64,000 bases of DNA from positions 275,342,001 through 275,406,000 of the forward strand of contig OZ024740.1 of NCBI GenBank assembly GCA_964016885.1, in the 5' to 3' direction. The notes beneath the pieces were generated by a model. The model made no database searches, was not told where the DNA came from, and worked only from the letters and a program-made list of their open reading frames with translations. This document shows positions 26,147 to 37,806 of the stretch, in pieces. The DNA is from Eledone cirrhosa (Eukaryota). Position numbers and translations under genes: made by a program. Every line of letters begins with the position of its first letter. The stretch's first letter is position 1.

Positions 26147-28164
26147 AGCTCCATATTTATAGAGTCAGTGATATTGAAGAGTATAATGTCACAGTTTTTT
26201 GCAGTATATATATGAACACTCTTTTGTAATCAGTACTGTTTCAATATTATCAAACATTATTGAAATGAATATTTATATATGTATCATCATCATCATATTA
26301 TTCAGTGATCTGGTACATTGTCACTGTGTCTCAAGTTATTTTAATGTTGGAAGTTTGGATTTGGGATTGACAGAATTGTTATGGCATCAGACAAAATGCA
26401 TTGTGATATTTACATATATACACTCTTTTGCATTCTGAGTTCAAATCTTACTGAGGTCAATTTTCATGCTTTTGGCTTTAATAAAATAATGTAGCAGTTA
26501 CGCACTTGGTAAGATTTAATCAAATATATACTCCATCAAAATTTATAACTTGTCAGGAAGTGAGAATAAGCTATATGAATTTGCAAATATGCTAGAATAC
26601 TAGTTTAAGTGGTACCTCTGTGTCCTAGGTTCAAATAGAACTGAAATCCTGAAATAAAGACTTGTATCAGTAATATATTATGTCTATATATTTTGATAAT
26701 ACATTTTTTTATAAAGATTATAGTTAATCAGTATTCTTCATTATACAATGAACCACTAATCACCTTTTCTTTATGAATCCACAAAAAAGACAAAATTCCT
26801 TTGTAGTTTCTATGCTGTATACACATACATTCCATATTTTATTTTTCATGAATCAGACAGGCTTAAAATATGTTAAAAATTTAGTGGCTATATTTCTACA
26901 AAGACATTTTTTATGATTCTCATAACCCAATTGACTTTCAATGTGCCCACTGACTGAAGGGTTCATCTCAAGATTTTTTCTAGAGTAGCCCTGTATGTTA
27001 CAGGGTTTATCCTTAACACAGCAAGCTACTAATTGTTACTGGTGTGAGTTTACATACTCATTGAACCGATTTACATTTATGTGATCAGGATTATTTAAAA
27101 GTTAAATGTTAAGGCCATGGGCTGAAACTAGCCTTTTTGTTATAGTGTACCATGTTTATCTTTCAGTATGCCGGTTGACTAAAGACTTACCTAACAAAAG
27201 AGCCTCCATGTGGTCATTTGATTTATTAAATAAAGCTGGAAAATCTCTCTCATTCTGTTGTCTCAGAAAATGGTGGTCCAGCATTTATTAGATATTAGAC
27301 AAAGATGTTTTATCATAATTCTGCTCAATCAGAATTAACCTACTAATAAGTAGTAGCCAAATCTCTCTCAAATCATAACCTATCTTCTTAAAGCAGAAAG
27401 AAAACATTCAAGAATGTATGTAGTCTTAAATACAATCAGTGGAGACTTCCGGCATTCTTGGCCCCTCCAGACCACATCCCTACTCAACGCTATTGGAGCC
27501 CGAGTTGGCTACCTACACGTGTGAGCTCTGTGAGATGGAGTGGCTGTTCCAGTGTATTTCTCTTCCCATCCTCTGGCACAATGTATAATACATCCTGTCA
27601 GGTGAGACCATGAGGTGGAGAGTAAGATAGCTGGAGATGGAGGATACACATTTGGACATCACACATACTCAACCACTTACATAGTAAAGTTATGTCACGT
27701 TGTTTGCTTGGAATTATAATTATTAGTTTACAAAAGAAGGAATGTGAAATGTTCATGACTGACCCTCCTTTGATTTTAAATATGCTTAATAAGGGCTGAC
27801 TTTAGGGTAAACTTCAACAACACATGCCATCTATGTAGCTCTACAAATGAAGTTTACTTTAGAGATTCTTCTTTAAGTTGTTCATTATACAAATTTCATC
27901 TGTATTTGCTTTTGTTACTTTACTAGAGCTTTTATTTAGTTTTGGTTTGTCTTTTAATCTAATCTGCCTTCTTTAACTTTCACTTTAAGCTTTTTCCACT
28001 CAATCTATTGTTGGTCTTTTATATTGTTTTTTTTTTTAATTCATTTATTTAATGTTTATACATATACATGGGCATGTGCATCTGGAGTGAAGTGGTTAAG
28101 TGTATTTAAGCATGTATGGTTGTATGCATATAAATGCATACACATATACACACACACACATATA

Positions 28165-28218
<54 letters not shown>

Positions 28219-28389
28219 TATATATGTTTGTATATGTATATTATTTGTGTGTATAGATATGTATGTAAGTGGGTAGGTGTGTGCATGTATGTGCATGCAC
28301 AAACAACACTACATGGTATTTATATGGGCTTGTGTAGATATTTTTGCTATGTATGCTTGTATGAGTATATAAGTTTATAGATAGTTTTA

Positions 28390-28662
<273 letters not shown>

Positions 28663-29339
28663 ATTCATCATAGTTAGTTTTTATGTATTATGTGTTTGTG
28701 TGTATGCATGTGTGTGTTATATAATGTTAATAAAATAAAATATAATTTTGTTTAAGTAAGAGTGAGACACTAGGAGCTGAGAGTAGAGGAGTATGGTGGA
28801 GAGAATAGTTGTGGTGGTGGCAGAGGTGAGTGTATTTACCAAAATGAAGGATGGTGGCGTCGGAAACAATGGGCTTGTTTTGTTAGGTTAAACACTTTGT
28901 AAAAGCAGAAAACCTTACTAACAATGGCTTATGTTTCGTCAACTCGATTGATTGCAACTCTATAAATATCCCATGATTTAGGATAGTTTGAAGGAGTTTT
29001 GCCATTCATTATTGATGGCCAGAACCTCTTGGCACATTCAATTTACTAAACGCCAACTTTCACCTGCCGACTGGATATTGGAAAAATCAGTGAAATTTCC
29101 ATTCGATTGTGTGTTACATTTTCTTGATAATAAGTCTCAGTCAAACCACACTACTATTAGTACTACATTAGTCACTTACCTCATTGCGTATGTTGTGCAA
29201 TTGTGTGTGTGTATGTATGTTACAGGGTGGTTTAAATGATAAAGTTGATGACAAGGGGGAGCTGATTTAACTTCTTTCCTTAAACTAACTTTTGGCAAAA
29301 CAATACAAAGCAGGAGTATTTTCCTCAAGGCTGATGTTT

Positions 29340-29378
<39 letters not shown>

Positions 29379-29438
29379 CCAAGGCTCTGATACCATCGAC
29401 ACTATAAACACAGAGCTGGCATATCTAAGAACTGACTA

Positions 29439-29494
29439 ACTGCCTGATGAAGTCATAGCCATTCAATGGCTATCATCGAAATATATATAGCAGT
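29439..29494 (+). ncRNA. Minimal type I hammerhead ribozyme motif (PLE-type)
   Basis: actgc-CTGATGA-agtc-atagccat/tca/atggctat-catc-GAAA-tatata-TA-gcagt. Confidence 0.75.
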
Positions 29495-29545
29495 AAATAA
29501 AGGATTATGAGTTCATGCAATTGACTTATGTTTCGTCACTATATA

Positions 29546-30412
29546 TCGTCATCATCATCATCAACGTTTAACGTCCGTGTTCCACGCTTGCATGGGTTTG
29601 GACGGGGGTAGTCCCACTTGAGGCAAGAGTGATTGTCTTGCTCGCATAGGACTGTCTGGCAGGTTTTCTACAGTTGGATGCCCTTCCTAACACCAACCAC
29701 ATTTACAGTGTGGGTCTGGGAGGTTTTTACCGTGTTGCCTACACGGCCACATTACAGCGTGGACTGTGTGTTTTTTTGTCGTGACACCTACACGATCTCA
29801 TTTGTTTCGGCCTCGATGGCGCGGCACCAACATAACTTTACATAGAACGGGGTGGTGTGGATGGGGTGGGGGTGGTGGTGGTGGGACGGGGGTGTATTTT
29901 GTTAGAGATGCCTACTGGCTGGAGTAGGTTTTACTATATATTTAGGTAAGGCGGGTCTTCTCTGTTACTGAGTACCGCCAAAGGTCTCGGTCCAGTGACA
30001 TTGTCTTGGAGAGGTGTAAGTGTGTGATGTCGGAGTTTATCAGCTCGTCCCAGGTTTTTCTAGGTCTGCCTATTCCGTGACTACCGTCTATCTTTATTGC
30101 CCTGCACTTTGTTATACAGCTATCGACTTTCATGCGCATCACGTGTCCATACCAACGTAGCCTTCTCTCGAGTAAACAACATCTGATCCCTCTTATCTCT
30201 AATTTTTTCCTTAGTTCGTTTATGCTTTGCCGTTCACGTATATTACTGTTACACATCCAGCGGAGCATGCAAGCTTCGTTCCTCTCTAGTCTGCGTATAT
30301 CCTCTGCACACAATGCCCAGGTCTCACTGCCATGCAGCATTGCTGTTCGTATGCAGGCATCGTACAACCTGCCTTTCATTTTTAGGGAGAACCCTTTAGC
30401 AGCTAATAGTGG
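29546..30412 (-). mobile_element. 5'-truncated copy of the RTE LINE
   Basis: ORF 29942-30379 nearly identical to the C-terminus of the 37831 ORF. (CAT)n tail at the left end, TA repeats at both junctions. Only one 3' UTR repeat unit. Confidence 0.93.
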
Positions 30413-30689
30413 ATATATATATATATATAGAATTCAAGGAGAGAACAAATAAAGGTCCAATATGTTTTCAAACCTAAATATTTAACTATGCTTTATGACT
30501 GCTCTATTTTACCATCATGTCCAGTCCTCAGATTACCCACAAACCTTGAATATTTGGATCATCATCATCATCATCATCATCACTGTACATCCGCTTTTCC
30601 CTGCTTATACATATATATATATATATATTTGTGTGTGTGTGTGTGTGTATATATATGTATATTATATACATATATATTTATATATTATT

Positions 30690-31645
30690 ATATTTAGAGT
30701 TTAAACTCAAAGTCATTTACAATTAATCAGCTCAAAGAAAGAAGCATTTCCGAGCAGTGAAATACAAGTTAATATATATTAATATATGATAAACACATAC
30801 GTGTTTATATTGTAAGAGACAATTTTTTTTATATTTCAATTTTTATTCCATCGTTGCGAAACATATTTAGGTTTCGAAGTTCAAATTCATCTACGGAGCA
30901 GGTTTGGATTTTGAAATTTAAATTTGTCCAGGAATCACGGCTTTTGCCAATATAAGCTTGTCTTTATTGACTTATATCGAGACAGACAAATTGTATTCAT
31001 TTTAATTAGTTTATTTCATTCTAGCTAACTTTGTCTCTTACAATACAAACACGTATGTGTTTATCATATATTAATATATATTAACTTGTATTTCACTGCT
31101 CGGAAGTGCTTCTTTCTTTGAGCTGATTAATTGTAAATGACTTTGAGTTTAAACTCTAAATATAATATAATATTATTGCTCCTTAACTGTAGAGCTAATT
31201 TTTAATCCCATATAAACGGCTGTTATTTCTAGCACCGGGAGTATGGGATGGCTAGTATAGCTGATTATACCACATGTGAATCAGTCCTGCAAAATTTTTG
31301 GAGGTGAAATGTACTAATTTTACTGGATTCCTGTTGATAAGCACAGAAGATTTGAATATTTCACTTTGTATATTTCAATTTTTTTATATTTCAATTTTTA
31401 TACCATCGTTGCGAAACATATTTAGGTTTCGAAGTTCAAATTCATCTACGGAGCAGGTTTGGATTTTGAAATTTAAATTTGTCCAGGAATCACGGCTTTT
31501 GCCAATATAAGCTTGTCTTTATTGACTTATATCGAGACAGACAAATCGTATTCATTTTAATTAGTTTATTTCATTCTAGCTAACTTTGTCTCTTACAATA
31601 CAAACACGTATGTGTTTATCATATATTAATATATATTAACTTGTA
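30690..31645. mobile_element. Same family as 17392-18140, with inverted and tandem partial copies
   Basis: 30690-30822 is inverted at 31030-31168. 30822-31090 is duplicated at 31377-31645. Confidence 0.72.
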
Positions 31646-31674
31646 TATTTATATATATATTTATATATATATAT

Positions 31675-32832
31675 ATCATCATCATCATCATCGTTTAACG
31701 TCCGTGTTCCATGCTTGCATGGGTTTGGACGGGAGTTTTCCCACTTGAGGCAAGAGTGGTTCTCTTGCTCGCATAGGACTGTCTGGCGGGTTTTCTACAG
31801 TTGGATGCCCTTCCTAACACCAACCACATTTACAGTGTGGGGCTGGGAGGTTTTTACCGTGTTGCCTACACGGCCACATTACAGCGTGGACTGTCTGGCA
31901 GGTTTTCTACAGCTGGATGCCCTTCCTAACACCAACCACATTTACAGTGTGGGACTGGGACGTTTTTACCGTGTTGCCTACACGGTCACATTACAGCGTG
32001 GACTGTGTGTTTTTTTTTCATGACACCTACATGATCTCATTTGTTTCGGCCTGGATTTTGTGGCACCAACATAACTTTACATTGAAAGGGACGGTGTGGA
32101 TGGGACGGGGGTGGTGGGACGGGGGTGTATTTTGTTAGAGATGCCTACTGACTGTAGTAGGTTTTACTTTGTATTTAGGTAACGCGGGTCTTCTCTGTTA
32201 CTGAGTACCGCCAAAGGTCTCGGTCCAGTGACATTGTCTTGGAGAGGTGTAAGTGTGTGAGGTCGGAATTTATCAGCTCATCCCAGGTTTTTCTGGGTCT
32301 GCCTACTCCGTGGCTACCATCTATCTTTATTGCCCTGCACTTTGTTATACAGCTGTCGTCTTTCATGCGCATCACGTGACCATACCAACGTAGCCTTCTC
32401 TCGAGTAAACAACATCTGATCCCTCTTATTTCTAATTTTTTCCTTAGTTCGTTTATGCTTTGCCGTTCGCATATATTACTATTACACATCCAGCGGAGCA
32501 TGCAAGCTTCGTTCCTCTCTAGTCTGCGTATATCCTCTGCACACAATGCCCAGGTCTCACTGCCATGCAACATTGCTGTTCATATGCAGGCATCATACAA
32601 CCTGCCTTTCACTTTTAGGGAGAACCCTTTAGCGGCTAATAGTGGTATAAGCTCTCTGAACTTTTTCCATCCAGTTCTGACTCTAGCTACTGTACTTTCG
32701 GAGCACCCTCCCCCACTGCTGATTTTGTCACCCAGGTAACGGAAGCTGTCCACTATTTCTATAGAACCCTCTGCGCAGTTGAAAGAGCTAGTATTTTGTG
32801 GGCACTTGCTGCTACTTATTGCACCAGAGCAC
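31675..32832 (-). mobile_element. 5'-truncated copy of the RTE LINE
   Basis: ORFs 32175-32573 and 32580-32834 match the RTE C-terminus, separated by one premature stop. 3' UTR and (CAT)n tail next to (TA)n. Confidence 0.93.
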
Positions 32833-32842
32833 ATATATACAC

Positions 32843-33211
32843 ACGACCGTGACCTCTGGCGTCACGCAGTAATACAGAGTACCTGACCTCCCATGGGTAC
32901 ACGCTGAAGCATATAGACAATATGCCCCCACACCCACCACTGCAAGGTGGTTGTGGAGGTGCCACGGCAAAAAAGCACCCAGCCCACACTGTAAAGTGGA
33001 CGTGTACGCGCCACGAAAAAGCACCCAGCACTTACTGTAAATGAGGTTGATGTTAGGAAGGGCATCCAGCTGTAGAAATCAGGCCAAATCAGTTCCTGTA
33101 TGAGCAAGGCATGGTCACCCGACCAGACACTGCCCACAACAGGACAACCCGTCTAACCCATGCTAGCGTGGAAGAACGGACGTAAAACGGTGATGATGAT
33201 GATGATGATGA
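32843..33211 (+). mobile_element. 3' end of a second, related RTE family
   Basis: Reads DRDLWRHAVIQST, compared with DRDLWRYSVIEKT in the full element. Related 3' UTR repeats, acccatgctagcgtggaa...gacgtaaa end motif and (GAT)n tail. Confidence 0.75.
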
Positions 33212-33739
33212 TATATATTTAAAAAAAGGAAAAGTATGACTTCAGTTGTAGTTCTAAACAATTTAATTTAATTTCATAATATTATAATTTTACAGTTTGG
33301 TTTGGTAGATCTAGTAAGTTCTTTGTTATCTTTGGCGGGGAGATTTTTTTAAGACTCTTGGTTAATTTCCTGGAGAACATTCTCACATTCGTTGGTAGCG
33401 ATTGTCAAATCAGTTTGAAATGTATTGATCTCCTAAAACTCTTCTACTAAAATTGTAATTAGACATTGAACAAAGGGCTAGTTTTGAGCATTTGGTATTT
33501 TTCATTTTTCATTTATTTTTTTGCAGTTTTATTTCTCCATGTTGTTTCTACTTGTTTTTATCTGTTTTTGTAAAAATAATAGACATTTCTATTTTTCTAA
33601 TTAAGAACCCATTTGAAAGGCTAAAGGACACAAATACACACACAAATAGAAAAAGGATAATCCTGACTATTATAATTAGTAGTAGTAGTGTAATGTACCA
33701 GTAAAATACTGAGTTAATGTAATAGACAGATTACTTATT

Positions 33740-34390
33740 ATTACTATTATTTCCATTATTATCTTTATTGCGCATCATTACTATTTTACCAAGCACAGAT
33801 CTGTGTGCCTTGGGTATGAGCAGTGTAGTTTTTGCTGAGGTTGTTTCTGTTGTATTGATAGTACTTTTCGTAATATGTGTGCATGACCTAGTAGTAATAT
33901 GTGTGCATGACCTTTTGTATGCTGTGTATATTTGTAAGACCTGGGATTTGGGCTATGTATTTGCCTGTGTGTCTTTTTTTATCATTCCTAGAGCATCTAT
34001 TATTATAGGTATTGTTTCTATTTTCATTTTCCACATTCGAATTATTTCTATCTCTAGATCTTTATATTTGAAGAGTTTCTATATTTCCTTGGAAGATATA
34101 TTGTCGTCTGTATACATCTATTAGAAGGCATTTTTTTCTTTGTGGTTTTGACTATAATATCTGGTTGGTTGACCTTTATCTCTCTATCTGTATGTATTGG
34201 CATATCCCAGAGAATGGTTGCTTTATCATTCTCTGACACTTTTTCAGGTGTGTGTTTGTACCATCTTTTTTCTTTTGATATTTCATAATGCTGGCATAAT
34301 TTCCAGTGTATGAAGGTCCCAACTCTATCATGCCTGTGGATATATTCTCTTTTGGTTAGTTCTGGGCATCAAGAAACTGTGTGGTTGATT
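33740..34390 (-). pseudogene. Second R4/Dong-type LINE 3' fragment
   Basis: SENDKATILWDMPIHTDREIKVNQPDIIV; homologous to 21580-22200. Confidence 0.8.
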
Positions 34391-34392
34391 GG

Positions 34393-34798
34393 ATTGGCAG
34401 TATCGGTAGAGTGTCGGACAAAATACTTTGCAATATTTAGTTACATCCCTTTATGTTCTCTAATCAAATCCCGCCGAGGTTAACTTTCCCTTTCATCCTT
34501 ACAGGGGTCGATAAAATAAAGTACCAGTCAAGTACAGAATTGTTGGCTTTGTGCCTAAATCAGAAACCATTATTATCATTATTATTGTTATTATTATTAT
34601 TATAGGGGCGGTGAATTGGTAGTATCGGTAGAGGGTTGGACACCATTCTAGCATAGTTACATCCCTTTACGGTCTGAGTTCAAATCCCACCGATGTTAAC
34701 TTTGCCTTTCATCCTTACGGGGTCAATAAAATAAAGTACCAGTAATGCACTGGGTAATTGTTGGCCTTGTGCCAAAAGTAGAAACAATTATTATTATT
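34393..34798 (+). mobile_element. Two tandem SINE family A copies
   Basis: Same consensus with (ATT)n tails. Confidence 0.85.
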
Positions 34799-35856
34799 AA
34801 TCAGTGGAGTAATTTCATTGTTTGTTAATGTGTTTTAAAACATTTTTGTATAAACATTATATATAGTTTTGTAGCTAAACCAACCATCTTCTTGGGGAGC
34901 TGGTTGTTTTATCCTATATTTGTAGCCCTTATTCTTTAAATGTATATGTTTATTTTTATAAACACGCCCCTCATTTAAAACAAAATTGAACGTAGCTGAC
35001 GAGGAAAATCCAACCGCTGAATTTCTGGCAGCCCACAAGATGGAACAGTTAAAGTTAAAAAGAAACAACGACAGCAGCAACAAAAAATAACTCTGCACTT
35101 TTTAAAATGTTGACACTGCTCTAATATTCTCAAAAACGATAAAATAATATGAACACAAGAAAAACAACAAAAACAGTAACACAAACATTGCCACCACCAC
35201 CACAACAAGCATAACAGAAGGAGAAAACAAAAATAACAGTAACACAGACAACATCGACAACAAACATGGCAACAACAACATGAACAACAAAAATTATATG
35301 ATATTTGCAGTAATGGTTGTAACAGCCACACAAAGGTTTAATATAGACTTAATAGACAAAGATGCTTGTTTGGCACAAATGACAAAATTTGTGAAATTTG
35401 ATAAGACTTTGGCCAATTTAGCCATCCCTCCCAAAGTGTTGACCGCAACTGCTAAAAAACTTTGAACTACTGATGTATTCCAGCAAACACCAAATGTCTG
35501 AAGGCAGCACCCACACCGGAAGTAGAAAGAGTACTGAAAAGATATTTCTAGAGCCAGGCAATTTGAAACCATTTCAGTCCTCTTCAAATGTGAAGATCTG
35601 GTCATAAAACACTCTGTGGTCTCTTGTCAGAATGACCAATACATTTCATATCCAGTATATTTGGGGCAAAGCATTGTGAAGGTCAGGATTTCAGGAATAC
35701 TGCCGGAGTTAGATATCACAACATGATATCCAGCAATGCCTATAATAATAGGTGCTCTTGGAATAAGATAAAATAACACATTAACAAATTCATTACCAAA
35801 ACTCCAGGATGTACAAATATATATATCGTACAGAAAATAATATGTCTAGGCACATG

Positions 35857-36208
35857 GAGGCACATGGCTTAGTGGGTAGAGTGGTTAGAGCATTGGCCTT
35901 GCAATCGAAAGGTTGTGAGTTCAATTCTCAGACCAGGTGATGTGTTGTTTCCTTGTGCAAGACACTTTATTTCACATTGCTCCAGTTTACTCAGCTGTAG
36001 AAATGAGATGATAGGGACTGGGGTCCCTATAATTCCACTGCAAAGTGGTCGTGGAGGTGCCACGGCAAAAAAGCACCCAGCACTCACTGTAAATGAGGTT
36101 GGTGTTAGGAAGGACATTCAGCTGTAGAAATCAAGCCAGAATCAGTTCCCGTCCCATCCTTGCAAGCAGGGAAAAGTGGACGTAAAATGATGATGATGAT
36201 GATGATGA
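35857..36208 (+). mobile_element. SINE family B, inserted in a Dong-type 3' fragment
   Basis: Near-identical to 10143-10495. The flanks (35735-35850 and 36209-36340) resemble 21970-22200. Confidence 0.85.
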
Positions 36209-37007
36209 CTGCACAGATATTACGAAGTGTGCTGTCAATACAATAGAAACACTAACATCAAAAACAATGCTGCGCTTACCAAACATACATAGAGCTGTGC
36301 TCATAAGGCAGTAATGACAAACAATAAAATCCAGATTAATAATAATGATTTCTAATCTAGGTACAAGGCCTGCAATTTGTGGGGAAGGAAAAGTTAATCA
36401 TATCCAACCAAGTGCATTGCTGGTGCTTTATTTTATTGATCCTGTAAGGATAAAATGCAAAGCTAACTCTAGTGCAATTTGAACTCAGAAAGTAAATGTG
36501 TGTACCTATATGTACTGCAAGGTATTTTATCTCATTCTCTCATGATTCTGCCAATTCACTCTCTTTTTAAGTACTTTCCACAAAAGGAATATTATCAGTA
36601 AAATTTCAAAAAATTCCTAATTTTAATCTAAGAGTTCATTTCTGTAAATATATTTTAAACTCCATTTTTAAGGTTGATTTTGGAGTTTCAAGTGTTTTTG
36701 TAAAACCTTTTGCAAAGCAACTCAATTGTTTATATTTTTTATGACATTTTTTACTATTTCTGTATATCATCATTTTCTCTACCCTAGTGCATATACACAG
36801 TTAAATACTCATACCACTCTGTTTATAGTGCTGCTAATCACGTGTCCATATACATTTATAAACATCTGATTCCTAGAAACTCGATAGTGGCTGGAGAAGA
36901 TATAGAATATATTGTTTATTTATTTCATTCAGTCTTTCTCTCATTTTTCACTCTCTCTCTCACCTTCTCTCTTCTCCCCTCATCTCTCTCTTGCCTTCTC
37001 TCTTCTC

Positions 37008-37011
<4 letters not shown>

Positions 37012-37075
<64 letters not shown>
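37012..37075. repeat. (TC)n microsatellite (others at 2163-2205 and 51812-51891)
   Basis: Read directly. Confidence 0.95.
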
Positions 37076-37078
<3 letters not shown>

Positions 37079-37806
37079 TTTGCTATGTTGGTCTGTGAGA
37101 ATGACTCTGGGTCTCACTCACAGTCAGTGTCCTTTCCCCACCAGAAATGGAGAAGAATTGATTAAGGGACTAGCAACCTTTTTCTCATAGAAATTAATGA
37201 TAGGCTACTGGAACTATTGAAGGACAGACCGATGTTCAGTATAACAGCACGGAATGGAAATAAAGAAGATAAGACAGATCAACAATAACTCATCTCAGTC
37301 ATTTAGACATTAAATCAATGTTAATGTAGTTATGATGTTGTTATTCCTGTTATCAATATACAAAATCTTGTATTTCTTACAAACATGATCTTTTTCTATA
37401 TTTCTTTTATTTATGTTTTTTTTTTTTAGAACTTTTTGAGTATAATGGCCTGAATGGCCCATTGGAAGGGGAAATAAAGTTACTGAAACAAGGTAAGTTT
37501 GGTTCAAACTTTGAAAGGATGGAATGGAAAACAAAATAACTTCTTTTTAATCATTTATTATTTCATTGCTGGTAGAATGGCTAGATTGTAAGACAAAATG
37601 CTTTAGAATAGTTGTTCCAGTTCTTTATAACATATGTTTGAATTGCACTTAGGTCAACTTTGTCTTCCATCCTCCTAGGGTCAATAAACTTCAAGGGTTC
37701 GCTGAAAAGTTCAAAGGCTGACCAAGGTGCTCTCATGGAATGATCAAATGAGGTTTATTTTTCTATTTGGTCCCGAGAAAGAAACATTGCATTTATTAAT
37801 AAGAAG

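Noticed and set aside
35857-35940. tRNA genes at SINE heads
   Set aside because: A and B boxes are present, but there is no complete cloverleaf and each continues into a SINE body and tail.
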